From an uncultured virus (IMG/VR IMGVR_UViG_3300033075_000390) (Duplodnaviria; Heunggongvirae; Uroviricota; Caudoviricetes), in IMG/VR virus record IMGVR_UViG_3300033075_000390: a DNA stretch of 20,000 nt; one strand, written 5' to 3'. The position numbers and the translations under genes are program-made. The notes beneath the pieces were generated by a model that was given only the letters and a program-made list of their open reading frames with translations, did no database searches and had not been told where the DNA came from. Of this stretch, positions 1 to 10,275 are shown one piece after another. The stretch's first letter is position 1, and every line of letters starts with the position of its first letter.

Positions 1-376
1 CCGCATGTGATTTACGAATAGTAGTTAGTTTACGAGCTTGAACTGACGCTAAACGCTCTACACCTTCTTCACCATAAGCACGTTGCCCTTGAACGTCTTG
101 TGGAGTAATGTAGTCATCAAGAGGGAAGTGCGGAATTGCGTATGAACGCATAACACGAGTACCGTCTTTAGATACGTTGTTACGTTCACCACGGACTTTA
201 TCACCAATAAGACCAATAACACGATTAGATGCTTCAAAAGTTACTGTATGTTGAGATACAGGCTCTACGTCAAAGATACCGAGTTGGTTGATTAGACCGT
301 ATTCGTTAGGAATTGATACAAGTTCTTCTGTTAGGTCGGTAACTTTAAAACCGTTACCATAATCTCGAATAATCAT
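1..376 (-). CDS. Major capsid protein, lambda gpE-like (HK97 fold); 5' part only, runs off the window
   Basis: Manual translation from ATG at 376: MIIRDYGNGFKVTDLTEELVSIPNEYGLINQLGIF...IPHFPLDDYITPQDVQGQRAYG, open to position 1. The motifs resemble the Phage_cap_E family. SD is AAGGAC; the gene follows the decoration gene. Confidence 0.88.
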   Translation of the reverse strand, partial: MIIRDYGNGFKVTDLTEELVSIPNEYGLINQLGIFDVEPVSQHTVTFEASNRVIGLIGDKVRGERNNVSKDGTRVMRSYAIPHFPLDDYITPQDVQGQRAYGEEGVERLASVQARKLTTIRKSHA

Positions 377-405
377 TCTATTTTTGTCCTTTATTATTAT
401 TATTA

Positions 406-819
406 TTAGATAGAGTCGTTAGCTAAGATTTCTTTAGTAGCTAAAGAAGCATAAGCAGCAGCAAGTTTAGTTGCATCGTTGAAAGAGCTATGTGGTTTTA
501 AACCAGTTTTACGTACAATAGTTTCACCACGTACAATAGCTAATACTTTAGTATCTGTGGTAGCAGGAACAGCAACACTTAGGTTGTGCAAGTCTTTACC
601 AACAACAACAGCTACAGGAGCTTCTGAACCATCAGTTGCAGTTTGTACAGATTCTTTATATTTACCAGTAAGAGTTACTTTACCAAGCAACATACCAAGT
701 GTAAGGGTCTTAGCAGTATCGTTAACTACAACAAGTTCACGAGTAAGGGCTAAATCTGGTTTACTTTCGTATTTTACTACATCTGAATAACGTGGGGTGT
801 CTTGTGCAATAATTGTCAT
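406..819 (-). CDS. Head decoration/stabilisation protein (lambda gpD-like)
   Basis: 137 aa with the LGMLLGKVTLTGKY...DGSEAPVAVV motif; lies between scaffold and capsid genes; SD GAGGA. Confidence 0.8.
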   Translation of the reverse strand: MTIIAQDTPRYSDVVKYESKPDLALTRELVVVNDTAKTLTLGMLLGKVTLTGKYKESVQTATDGSEAPVAVVVGKDLHNLSVAVPATTDTKVLAIVRGETIVRKTGLKPHSSFNDATKLAAAYASLATKEILANDSI

Positions 820-836
820 TTATTATAATCCTCTTA

Positions 837-1871
837 TTATGCTTTTTTAAGTAATTTATCTAGTTCAGCTTGAACAGCAGATTTAGCAACTTTAACGCCT
901 TCCTCTGGTGAACCTTTCTCTTTAAACATTTCTGATTCATCTACTTTAGCAGTAAGAGCTTTAACAACATCTACTACATCTTTAAATGCTTCAGCATCTA
1001 AGTCTTTAACAGCTTTAAATAGTTTAGCAGAAGCATCTACATCAACTACAGCAGCAACTACTTCAGCTTCACGAGCTTTCTCAACAGCTTCTTTTTCTTT
1101 AGCTTTGAATAACTCGATTTCTTCTTTAGCTTTCTGAATGTCAGCTAGAGCTTTTTGAAGTTCTACTTCTTTTGCATCATACTGAGCTTTTTCAATTGTT
1201 TCTTGTGTCATTTCATTTTCCTGTGTGTCGGCTTTAGAAGCCTTAGTTTGTTTAGGATTTACACCCTTTGTAGGCTTACCGCCACTTTCACCATCTAAGT
1301 CTTTCTTTACTTCTTGTAACTTGAAAGACTTTTCAATAAACTGTTGATCTTTTAATAGGTTTAAATATTGATCTTCTGTAAGAGAGTTAATGAAATCTGT
1401 ACTACCTTTAGCTAATGTAGCTGATTTAAGAATCTCAATACCTTGTAGTTGATCTTCAACCCATTCTTTACGATCTTGACTTGTAGGTCGAGTAATAGGA
1501 TCGCCCCAATGATCTAGATTACCTTCTTTAGATGCTTTATCACGATACCAACACCAAAAGCTTTCCTGACCGTACTCATCAGAGTCATCTTCACTTTCAA
1601 CATATCCAAACATTGTAGCTAAGACTTCTGCATCATCTCCCCAAATATGAAAGAATTTTTCTAAGAAGTCTGGAAGGGATAGTGTTACACGAATCTGTGA
1701 CGCTTTCTGAATAAACTCTGGAGATCGGTTGTCTACGGATTTCATAACTAATGTTTTATAACCTGATGCAGCACCACCTTGTGCTTTATGTACTAAAGCT
1801 AAGTGAGCACCTTCGTGTTCAAATGTAATATCTGTCAATTTTCGTTTTGCTTTAGTCACTACCTTCTCCAT
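837..1871 (-). CDS. Capsid scaffolding/head maturation protein
   Basis: 344 aa with an E/K/A-rich coiled-coil C-terminal half; lies between protease and decoration genes. Confidence 0.7.
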   Translation of the reverse strand: MEKVVTKAKRKLTDITFEHEGAHLALVHKAQGGAASGYKTLVMKSVDNRSPEFIQKASQIRVTLSLPDFLEKFFHIWGDDAEVLATMFGYVESEDDSDEYGQESFWCWYRDKASKEGNLDHWGDPITRPTSQDRKEWVEDQLQGIEILKSATLAKGSTDFINSLTEDQYLNLLKDQQFIEKSFKLQEVKKDLDGESGGKPTKGVNPKQTKASKADTQENEMTQETIEKAQYDAKEVELQKALADIQKAKEEIELFKAKEKEAVEKAREAEVVAAVVDVDASAKLFKAVKDLDAEAFKDVVDVVKALTAKVDESEMFKEKGSPEEGVKVAKSAVQAELDKLLKKA

Positions 1872-2256
1872 CTAAACTCTCTGCATCAGCCTTAGCTCCA
1901 ATACTTACACCTGTATAATTACCACTCTTAACTTCAGACCATATGTCATCGTCTATAAATTGCAAAACTGATAACCAGCTTCCAGCCTTAATGATTGTCT
2001 CACCCATTTGCATATCAACTGGCGCAATATAACTCTCAACAACAGAGAAAGCCTCTGTGTCGAAGAGATGTAAAAGGTTTGCTTTACGGCAGTAGGTGTT
2101 AAAGTTATGACAGGCTTTACGAACTTCTGTAGCATCGTAAATATCACCATGTAGATCAACTTCATCAGGAGAGAGTACAAGGAATGTTGCTTGTTTTAAT
2201 TCTTCTTGTGCTTGCTTAAAAATAGGAACATTTGATGTTCGTTTCTTAACTGGCAT
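1852..2256 (-). CDS. XkdF-like putative serine (prohead) protease
   Basis: PDEVDLHGD, ACHNF, ANLLH, VESYIAPVD, GSW and G.YTGVSIGA motifs typical of XkdF-like proteases; head-module position. Confidence 0.8.
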   Translation of the reverse strand: MPVKKRTSNVPIFKQAQEELKQATFLVLSPDEVDLHGDIYDATEVRKACHNFNTYCRKANLLHLFDTEAFSVVESYIAPVDMQMGETIIKAGSWLSVLQFIDDDIWSEVKSGNYTGVSIGAKADAESLDGEGSD

Positions 2257-2332
2257 TTAACTTACCCTTTTAATTATAGTTGTGAGTAAGCTTATATTTA
2301 TTCTGTAGCAATTCTCATTGCCTTATAGCTGT

Positions 2333-2361
2333 ATTATATAACCAAGAATTTACTTTGTAAA
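2333..2361 (-). promoter_or_regulatory. sigma70-like promoter for the head genes
   Basis: TTTACA-17 bp-TATAAT on the minus strand, about 75 nt upstream of the protease start. Confidence 0.6.
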
Positions 2362-2453
2362 TACTTTAATTAAATATATTTATAAATATAAGCTAATCTC
2401 ATTACTTGTTGTTATTGTTTAGCAAGGATAAGCTACCTTGCAATCTTGTATTG

Positions 2454-3932
2454 TTATCCAGCATTATCTAAGTTGTTGTCGTTATCATTACCTGTACCAG
2501 CTGTTCTGCGACTACCCTCTAAAGGATTATCTAACTCTTGTCCTGCTTTACTTGTATTGTCTGTCAATAACTCTGACAAATCTGCATCTTCAGGTAAAGC
2601 ATCTAAACCAAGTAGATTGAGTACACGGTTAACAACAGGAAGTGTCTTAGGTAAGATGCCAATACTCCCAACACGCTGTAAGAATTTTGATGTTTCCTCT
2701 AATGAAACAGATTCAAGGTCATCAACGGCAATGAAAGGTAATCGTGTCATCTCCCAACCGTTCATACGAGCAATTAGAGGGATGAGGTGATGATTTACTA
2801 CGTTGCAAATCTCTTTCAGTTTTGATTCAATAGCAATAGCAGATAGGCTGTTCTTAATATTACCTAATGCGTAACTACCTGTACTACCTTGCCCCATAAT
2901 TAAAAGATCAGCACTTAAAGCTGTAAGGATAGCGTTACTGTAGTATTGCTTAATGTTTGTTGTATCATAAGCTTTACCACCTTCATTCTTCAATAACTCA
3001 AACTTAAACAAAGGTTGTTTTGTTGTTTCATCGTAAGCTAGAGGTAATACCATGCCTGATTGTTGATTCTGTTGGATATTACGAACAATGTTCTTCCACT
3101 CATTGTATTGTGCTTTAGTGATTTCATCAGCATCTTCTGCCATAACTTGCGGGGGAATCCAAGCAATAGGGACTCCACTTAAATCCCTTTGTAACCCACA
3201 GTTTTCGAGTTCTTCTACAGCAGTTTTATACTTCCATGAGTAGTAACAAGCTTTAAGAGGGGAGTCACCAACAGGAGAATCTTTATTCTTACCTAAACGG
3301 AATAGCAAAAACTTCTTACGTGGGATTGTAATTTCTTCACCTTTAGATGAAAGCAATACTTGCCCACGTTTACCTGTCTTAGCTACTGTTTGAGTTAATC
3401 CAATGAGATTTTGTTCTTCATCGTAATTCCACTTAGAAATACTATCTTGAGAACGAATAGGTAATTTTCTAATACCAATCTTACCATCGTTGAACAAGCT
3501 TCCTTTGGAGTGCAATCGTTTCCGAAGTACAATCTCATTCACACAGAAACCGTACTTATTCATACTAGCAACTTCTTGAATGAAGTCTTGCCAAGATTGA
3601 CCATCCATATCTTCAAATAAGCATTCACGAATGAAGTTAGCATAAGCTTGTTGTTCTTCACTCGCTTGAGGGTGTGGTTTAACTTCAAAGTTAGCTTTAA
3701 GCATCATGTGCTCATAGTAATTCAAAGCTGAAGCTACTGTAGAATCATAACCCATTTGCTTATACGTTAAGATACTTTGAGGGAACTGCAACTCTCGTTT
3801 TAATTCTTCATTGATCTGTCCGTTGCTAACTCTTAAACCTGTATAACCTAATTGTTGGATTGTAAAGCTTAGAGATTCTTTTGATGCTTTGGTCACATCT
3901 ACAGGTGTACTAGCACCTACTGTTTCACTCAT
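2454..3932 (-). CDS. Portal protein (DUF935-like)
   Basis: 492 aa directly after TerL; portal-like motifs (KFLLFR...SPVGDSPLKACYYSW, GSYALG); SD AAGGA. Confidence 0.88.
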   Translation of the reverse strand: MSETVGASTPVDVTKASKESLSFTIQQLGYTGLRVSNGQINEELKRELQFPQSILTYKQMGYDSTVASALNYYEHMMLKANFEVKPHPQASEEQQAYANFIRECLFEDMDGQSWQDFIQEVASMNKYGFCVNEIVLRKRLHSKGSLFNDGKIGIRKLPIRSQDSISKWNYDEEQNLIGLTQTVAKTGKRGQVLLSSKGEEITIPRKKFLLFRLGKNKDSPVGDSPLKACYYSWKYKTAVEELENCGLQRDLSGVPIAWIPPQVMAEDADEITKAQYNEWKNIVRNIQQNQQSGMVLPLAYDETTKQPLFKFELLKNEGGKAYDTTNIKQYYSNAILTALSADLLIMGQGSTGSYALGNIKNSLSAIAIESKLKEICNVVNHHLIPLIARMNGWEMTRLPFIAVDDLESVSLEETSKFLQRVGSIGILPKTLPVVNRVLNLLGLDALPEDADLSELLTDNTSKAGQELDNPLEGSRRTAGTGNDNDNNLDNAG

Positions 3933-3947
3933 GTTTTATTCCTTGCA

Positions 3948-5393
3948 TTAAAAATCTCTATTGAATGGGTTAGCTTGTGTAAATGAAGTCAGGTTGAAAG
4001 AGGGCAGTACCATTTGTCTACTGATGTGATTGTATGCGTCCGATGTTGCGTCCACCTGATCGTCATGTCCTTTCCTACCACCATCGAATTGTTCTAGCTC
4101 GTTTAAGTAGCTATTATTCCATTGTTCTTCTACAGAGTATCCTTCGTCACTGACGTACTGAACATAACCTGCTTCCGCCATAGCAGCAAAAGCACCAAAA
4201 CGTAGCACCTTATTAGCTTTAGGTTTAACCAACCTTACGGTAAAACCAAACTCAGCTAATTTAGCTTGTAGTGTTTTAGCATAGCTTTGTCCACCTGCAC
4301 CTGCATCTAGTGGTAGTGTAACAATTACGTCCCTACCATCAGCAAGAGCTGTTTTAAGAATTAACTCCTCGACACCTAAGAACTTCTTACGGCAACGAAC
4401 TACATGCTCTACTGTATAAACTTTATTCTTATCTTTTGACATAAGAACCCCTGCTGTATAATCGGGGTCTCTGTATTTTTCACTTGGTTCTGATGCTGCT
4501 AAATCCCAAGCTCTTACTCTCTGTACTACGTGAATAGGAGGGTGTTTAATCATCTTAACCCAATCACGTTTAAAGTAACCTGTACCTTCTTCACGAGCTG
4601 TCCAACTACCATATAGTAATCTATCTTGTTCAACACGGGATTGTTCTTTTAACTTACCAATGTACGCTTTAGATATGTATGGGTTATCGTAGACTGTACT
4701 GCCAATAACACACATTGAAGTAATACCACTATCTTCTTCTGAACCATAAACAGCTTCAGCTTCTTCTCGTGTAGCATACCAATCTAAACTACCGTCACGT
4801 TGTTTAACAAAGTATCGTGTTACGCCACGCTTATCAGGATCAGGAATACCTGTCTCAGGGTCTAACCACCACCATACCCAATCTTTTAGGAATGAATCAC
4901 AGTGAGGGTTTGTTGCCATACATAACGAAGCTTTATGATACCTTTCAGCATCAGCGTTACGGTTACGAGAACGGAGATAAGTAATCATCTCTTCTGTAAA
5001 TTCTGTTGCTTCATCGAATGCAATGTAATCTGCTTGTAACCCTTTAAACTTCTCTTTTGCTGCTTCGTTCTCATAGTGAGAAAATTGTAATGAAGCTCCT
5101 GTTGAGAAGATTAATTTACGATCTTTAATTTTAATTTTTAAGTTAGGGTCAACCCTGCTGTATAAAGCAATAGCGTCATCCCAAAGACCACCTTGTTGTA
5201 ATAATTGTGTAGATGTCCTACGGAAGATTACACCTCTTGAATAAGGGCAACTGATATATCTTAAAAATCTTAATAGAATGGAATATGATTTACTACTACC
5301 AGCACTACCACTGGCGATAGTAATATCTGCCTCAGAGTTAATGAACAACTCTTGTGGTTTACTAGCAGGAGCAATTACGTCTCTTTCTTGCAT
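3948..5393 (-). CDS. terL: Terminase large subunit
   Basis: Walker A-like GSAGSSKS, Walker B IAFDEA, coupling motif ATNP, and nuclease motifs RAWDLA and HDDQVDA. Confidence 0.95.
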   Translation of the reverse strand: MQERDVIAPASKPQELFINSEADITIASGSAGSSKSYSILLRFLRYISCPYSRGVIFRRTSTQLLQQGGLWDDAIALYSRVDPNLKIKIKDRKLIFSTGASLQFSHYENEAAKEKFKGLQADYIAFDEATEFTEEMITYLRSRNRNADAERYHKASLCMATNPHCDSFLKDWVWWWLDPETGIPDPDKRGVTRYFVKQRDGSLDWYATREEAEAVYGSEEDSGITSMCVIGSTVYDNPYISKAYIGKLKEQSRVEQDRLLYGSWTAREEGTGYFKRDWVKMIKHPPIHVVQRVRAWDLAASEPSEKYRDPDYTAGVLMSKDKNKVYTVEHVVRCRKKFLGVEELILKTALADGRDVIVTLPLDAGAGGQSYAKTLQAKLAEFGFTVRLVKPKANKVLRFGAFAAMAEAGYVQYVSDEGYSVEEQWNNSYLNELEQFDGGRKGHDDQVDATSDAYNHISRQMVLPSFNLTSFTQANPFNRDF

Positions 5394-5421
5394 TGCTTCC
5401 CTACTTATGTTGTAGAAGGTG

Positions 5422-5775
5422 TTACCCCTCTGCTACTTTAAATGAAATAATTGGAGCTAATGGTTTATCTTCTTGATCTTCGTCATCAGATTTAGCACTA
5501 GCGTTTATAGGTTTATATAAATCATCCATCATGTCTTGATATGTTTTCATAATGAATACTGCAACTTTAACTTTAGTAGCTTCAGTTGTTTTTTCATCTT
5601 CAAGCATATCTGTAAACACTTTAAGAGCTTTATTATTTAGTGGTTTTAATCGTCTAAGGATTTGCTTAAACTCTTTTTCACGATATTCTGTTCCAGTAAG
5701 AGACTTGGGATTAACCAAGTCCTTCCCTGTACCTCGTCCTTTCGGATTACCACTTTGTCCTTTAAGAAATGGCAT
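5422..5775 (-). CDS. Probable terminase small subunit
   Basis: N-terminal F.KGQSGNPKGR motif (DUF5681-like); immediately upstream of terL; SD AGGAGG. Confidence 0.7.
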   Translation of the reverse strand: MPFLKGQSGNPKGRGTGKDLVNPKSLTGTEYREKEFKQILRRLKPLNNKALKVFTDMLEDEKTTEATKVKVAVFIMKTYQDMMDDLYKPINASAKSDDEDQEDKPLAPIISFKVAEG

Positions 5776-5788
5776 TTTGTCCTCCTAA

Positions 5789-8074
5789 TTATGCAGTTAC
5801 TGCTACAATATCAACAATTGTACTAACTTCACCGACACTTGGAAATACTAATACTTTCAGTACTGTCCCAAGACCACGATCAGCGAGTTCTTGGCTAGTG
5901 ATAGTTGCTGAATGTGTATTCGTAAACTTCGTCCATAACGAGTATACCCCTGTTTGGTTAAGTATCTGAACTTCATAGGTCGTTCCTACTACTTCATTCT
6001 CTACATTAAAATTGATAGTAATATCATAGTTAGGGTGTAGTATTGCTGTAATGTCAACAGGTTTAAGAATTGGGTCAGGTTGATACGGACTTAAGTTGTC
6101 GCCACGTATACCTTCTGGGTATGGCGTGTTACTCTGAATTGGAGCATTGTATTCCGAGTTAGAGAAGAATCCATCGTATCTACCGTCAATAGTTAGCGAG
6201 TCATACATGACTTGTGGATACGCCCATACTAACTGCTTCATCACCCCAACGTTTTCATTGTTCTTAATGTCACCAAAGATACGTCTCCATATCGGCAAAC
6301 GGTATGATTTGGTGTAGTCAAACTTATAGATATAAGCAATCGCTGCATCTGGAACAAATCCTGACAGGTATGCTACCCTGTCAGGGGGATAACCTAGCTC
6401 ACCAATTGGAATCTCGTTCACGGCTTGATGACTCAAGTCTAAACGTGGAGGTTGTTCAATGATCCAGTCATAAGCTTCGGTCATAATATAATCGAAGTTA
6501 GGATAAGCATAATGATCTTGTGGGTAGTTGATATAAGTTGCCAAGCTTTCTTGTTGTGTACGAATAGTTGGGAAGAAGATCAACGGACATACCTTAGCAC
6601 TTGACCCATATTCAGCTTTGATCATTGTACGAATATCTTGACACGTTTGCCCAAGCTTGTTACGTAACCAAGTCTTAAACGCCTGTGACGTTGAATCAGT
6701 CATATTAACTGCTTCATAGATCGTACCGAGATCAGGAGCGAATAAACCTGTGTCAGTATTGAACGCAACCTTAGTTGGGTAATCGTAAACACACGGTTTA
6801 AGGGTGTCTACATTAAACCACCACCACGGTTCACCAATCTGCATATTGACTTGACAGTTTGCAGCTACAAGAATATCAGCAAACTCCTTGTAAGCTTTAT
6901 GCAAGTAAGCAATAGCATTTGGGTTACACAAACTTGCAAAGTAACTTGGTGGTGTGTAGCCTGTGCGACCTAAGTTAGAATCCCAATCACGTTGACACCA
7001 GTCTTCACGTGCGCTCTGTGAATATAGCTCCCAACTAACAGAGAAAACAGGCTCAAAACCTTCAGATTGTAATGCGTTGGCGTAGCCTTGATGCCACTTC
7101 TTAGTTGGAACATTTACGACATCACGACCATCGATCAAAGTATCTGGAATATAGAAACGGTTGTTAGTGAAGTCCCAATCCATTACTGGGTAATGACTCA
7201 TGCCGCAATAGTGATTAATGAAGCCACTATATCCAAGTGCTTTCAAATTGTTCACGATACGTTTTGGATTCAAGTCATAGTGATCGTCATAACTTGTACA
7301 CATCCCAATATTGTGGTTTTGGATGTTCACACGATTTAATGGAAGATTCGTTGCAGATAATGCTCCAGTTAATACCATGTTGGTCACACGTACATAACCG
7401 CTTATTGTCTGTGTCAATGGAACTGCGGAACTCTCATATTCACTGACGTAACCACCCAAAAACATTTTCTCGATGTATCGGACGTTGAAGTTAGTAGTAT
7501 TATCGAACCCACCTTTCACCGTATCGAAGTCAATAACGATACGAGCATCACGACTTGCTGGAGTTGTTGTGTAGTTGAATAACGCTATATAAGCAATACC
7601 CTTACGACCTTGCTCATCTACATATTGGACAGTCAATGTTGGTGAAGCTTGTGGATCATTCAATAATGGCATAGATGGAGAAAGTGCAATATCAAATTCC
7701 CATACTAGTCCAGAGTAATCATAGTTCGTATCATACCGTAGATATTGGTGATCTTTAGTATCTTTAGAGTCCCACACAATACCAACGAAGTCTGATTTCA
7801 GTCGGCTTTCAAATGCAACCTCAAAACCATTTCCATAACTGCTGATAGAGAATGATGCAGTCTGTGGCCCGTCTACACGCCAGTATACAGGATCGAATCG
7901 TCGAATACTTGACATGTAGTAAGTCAATGGTGGGACAAGACCCCCTTTTCCATCCTCGTAAAAATCCCCGTAAAGAATGTGTCTTAGTAATCGAGTAAGT
8001 GTAGCTTCTGTGGTTGCCCCTATACCATTTTGATATGAGTATAAAGTAGTTGTTTTATTTTGAGCGTCTATCAT
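5789..8074 (-). CDS. Large virion protein resembling the non-contractile tail sheath / DUF2460-associated TIM-barrel family (candidate receptor-binding protein)
   Basis: Motifs RRFDPVYW, YDDHYDLNPKRI...GYSGFINHYCGMSHY and MQIGEPWWW, recalled from that family; C-terminal beta-rich Ig/FN3-like segment. Confidence 0.6.
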   Translation of the reverse strand: MIDAQNKTTTLYSYQNGIGATTEATLTRLLRHILYGDFYEDGKGGLVPPLTYYMSSIRRFDPVYWRVDGPQTASFSISSYGNGFEVAFESRLKSDFVGIVWDSKDTKDHQYLRYDTNYDYSGLVWEFDIALSPSMPLLNDPQASPTLTVQYVDEQGRKGIAYIALFNYTTTPASRDARIVIDFDTVKGGFDNTTNFNVRYIEKMFLGGYVSEYESSAVPLTQTISGYVRVTNMVLTGALSATNLPLNRVNIQNHNIGMCTSYDDHYDLNPKRIVNNLKALGYSGFINHYCGMSHYPVMDWDFTNNRFYIPDTLIDGRDVVNVPTKKWHQGYANALQSEGFEPVFSVSWELYSQSAREDWCQRDWDSNLGRTGYTPPSYFASLCNPNAIAYLHKAYKEFADILVAANCQVNMQIGEPWWWFNVDTLKPCVYDYPTKVAFNTDTGLFAPDLGTIYEAVNMTDSTSQAFKTWLRNKLGQTCQDIRTMIKAEYGSSAKVCPLIFFPTIRTQQESLATYINYPQDHYAYPNFDYIMTEAYDWIIEQPPRLDLSHQAVNEIPIGELGYPPDRVAYLSGFVPDAAIAYIYKFDYTKSYRLPIWRRIFGDIKNNENVGVMKQLVWAYPQVMYDSLTIDGRYDGFFSNSEYNAPIQSNTPYPEGIRGDNLSPYQPDPILKPVDITAILHPNYDITINFNVENEVVGTTYEVQILNQTGVYSLWTKFTNTHSATITSQELADRGLGTVLKVLVFPSVGEVSTIVDIVAVTA

Positions 8075-8092
8075 TTTTACCTCACAAAGAGA

Positions 8093-8350
8093 TTAGACTT
8101 CTGAGGTAAGCACTGTCACCGTAATGTCTGTTGAGGTTGGTGTCCACGCCCATATTGGAAATCCTGCTGAAACAGCGAGATCATTCTTTAAAATCTTACA
8201 ATATGGAACGGTAGAGGTGTTAGGGGCAGTATTAGAGGATGATACGGTAAAACGTGTACCTGTATTGATAATCTCTTGAACATACCCTGCTTTTGTACCA
8301 TCTAAAATCTTTGTTGGGGTTTGTGTTAAGACAAATGTTTGTGCTGGCAT
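8093..8350 (-). CDS. Small beta-rich virion-associated hypothetical protein
   Basis: 85 aa, T-rich; SD AAGGAT; lies in the structural cluster. Confidence 0.65.
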   Translation of the reverse strand: MPAQTFVLTQTPTKILDGTKAGYVQEIINTGTRFTVSSSNTAPNTSTVPYCKILKNDLAVSAGFPIWAWTPTSTDITVTVLTSEV

Positions 8351-8437
8351 GTTTTATCCTTTTAATTCATTTGTTATTGAAATCTTACTAAGTAACTTCC
8401 TTGTACATTTAAATATTCTGATAGATGATGATCTAGT

Positions 8438-9847
8438 TTATTCCCAAGTAGCGTTAATTGCAACAACACCACGCACAATTTGAGAAGGTGTAGCTGTTGC
8501 AACAGGTATCTTTAAAATTACATGCAAGTAGTTTCCTGCATTGACTGATAAAGGTTGTCTAAAGTCAACACGCAAATCAGGTACATTGCCACCAACCGCT
8601 AAACCAACAGGAAGTGATTGACAACCTAAAGGGACACGTCTTGGAGCTTTGGTCGATACTCCATCTACTGTCGTTAAAGATACTGCTGTACCATCATGAG
8701 CAATACCCCATTGTAATAACGTAGGAGTTGTAGCTACTGCTGCGCCCATGTTGAATGTGCTAATGTTAATACCGTGTACAACTAAAGTTCTGCCCTGATT
8801 CGTTGCGGTTTGAGCAGGAACTTGGAATGCGAATAAAGCATAATCTGTTTCCGAACCCGATACTGCTGCAAATTGGAACTGTCCACCTAGGCTATTGTAC
8901 CCTGTAGCTGTATTAGACAACGCAGTCGAAGAAGGGGCAGCAGAGTTAGCCCAGTTAGCAAGATAACCTGTTCCTGCGCCTACGACACCTTGAGAACCAA
9001 TATCCCCACCTAAAGCTGCCAAGAAAGTTCGATCGTAACCATAAGTACCTCCGTATAAAGCACCTACACAACGATGTAAGTAAACTTGTTGTGCTGTAGA
9101 TGTAGCAGAAGCATTATATAATCTTGCACAAAACGGAGATGATTCTGAAGTAATAGAACTAGGTGCTGTATTACCTAATGGAATACTTCCAACAACAACA
9201 TCATCAATCTGAAATACGATTGACTTACTCATTATCCAAATTACATAGTCATGTGCTACGTTTAAACTTGGGGTAGGAATAACTCCTGTAGTTGACTCTG
9301 TACCTGTCACTGAAACAGTCACACCACGTAAAGTACCATCTGAACCATATCTAAAGAAAGACCCTGATGTTGGAGATGTTATACCTGTAGCAGCAAATGC
9401 ACCAATCTCTATTACTGCGCCTGTTACGAGGTTAGGTAACATCATACGCCAAGCGATTATTCTATCTGAACCTCGTAGAGTCTTAGCTTGTCGATAAGAT
9501 ACTAAACGAGCTGAAGCTGCTGACGCAAGAGAGTTACTTGAGTTTAACGTAATAGTATTATTAACTACACCAACTGTCATTACGCCTAGAGATTGAGACC
9601 AAACAGAAGGTGAAATAGCAGAAGCACTAAACCCTTGTTCGAAGTCTACTTGAACTGATCCTGTACCTAATAACCCTTGTGAACTAGCTCCAATAGGAAT
9701 GCGTACATTACCTGCGTCATCTGCAAAGCCTGCAATACCAACATATCCTGCCTGAGCTTTTACAGAAGGTAATGCTACCTTTAAATTATAATTACTATCT
9801 ACGTTAGCAACACCAGTTGAACTATCACCAGTTTCAATTAAAGCCAT
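8438..9847 (-). CDS. Putative fibre/appendage protein with a lectin-like beta domain
   Basis: 469 aa rich in A/S/G/T/V; concanavalin-like segment (HDYVIW...IVFQIDDVVVG); SD GAGGA. Confidence 0.55.
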   Translation of the reverse strand: MALIETGDSSTGVANVDSNYNLKVALPSVKAQAGYVGIAGFADDAGNVRIPIGASSQGLLGTGSVQVDFEQGFSASAISPSVWSQSLGVMTVGVVNNTITLNSSNSLASAASARLVSYRQAKTLRGSDRIIAWRMMLPNLVTGAVIEIGAFAATGITSPTSGSFFRYGSDGTLRGVTVSVTGTESTTGVIPTPSLNVAHDYVIWIMSKSIVFQIDDVVVGSIPLGNTAPSSITSESSPFCARLYNASATSTAQQVYLHRCVGALYGGTYGYDRTFLAALGGDIGSQGVVGAGTGYLANWANSAAPSSTALSNTATGYNSLGGQFQFAAVSGSETDYALFAFQVPAQTATNQGRTLVVHGINISTFNMGAAVATTPTLLQWGIAHDGTAVSLTTVDGVSTKAPRRVPLGCQSLPVGLAVGGNVPDLRVDFRQPLSVNAGNYLHVILKIPVATATPSQIVRGVVAINATWE

Positions 9848-9860
9848 GTTAATCCTCTAT

Positions 9861-10268
9861 TTAATTAATAACGTACAGTATTTTACGATTACCTTTTACT
9901 TTTCCTGTAAAAATACAATACACTGTACATGAACCGTTGGTAGTTTTTACTGCAAATTGAGCTGTATCCCATTCCCAATCATCTGTCCCTCTGTTTGTTG
10001 CAGGAGTCCCATCAGGGTAAACTACAACTTTAGATGTAGATAGAATATTAGAATCTGTGATAGTAAATTTAAATTCTTTTCTTGGTTTATTACCTAAATT
10101 AACTTCATAGGGTATTAGATTAAAACCAATAGTTGTTATAGTATCATCGGTATGCTTAGTATAAAGTTTACCATCAGCAGTGTTGACAGCTAACTCACCA
10201 ACTTCTATTTGATTAGTATTTGGAACAACTCCAATTGTACTATTCTTTTTTGTAATTAGGGTAGCCAT
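9861..10268 (-). CDS. Tail-fibre-like adaptor protein
   Basis: N-terminus ...GELAVNTADGKLYTK...IGF resembles the T4 gp37-type/Mtd-type fibre N-terminal module. Confidence 0.6.
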   Translation of the reverse strand: MATLITKKNSTIGVVPNTNQIEVGELAVNTADGKLYTKHTDDTITTIGFNLIPYEVNLGNKPRKEFKFTITDSNILSTSKVVVYPDGTPATNRGTDDWEWDTAQFAVKTTNGSCTVYCIFTGKVKGNRKILYVIN

Positions 10269-10275
10269 AACTTAA

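Noticed and set aside
2422..2441. GCAAGG/CCTTGC hairpin after the portal gene as a terminator
   Set aside because: No U-tract follows on the coding strand.
5286..5312. Non-canonical terminase Walker A (GSAGSSKS) as a sign of inactivation
   Set aside because: Deviant Walker A motifs are common in terminases and all other motifs are intact.
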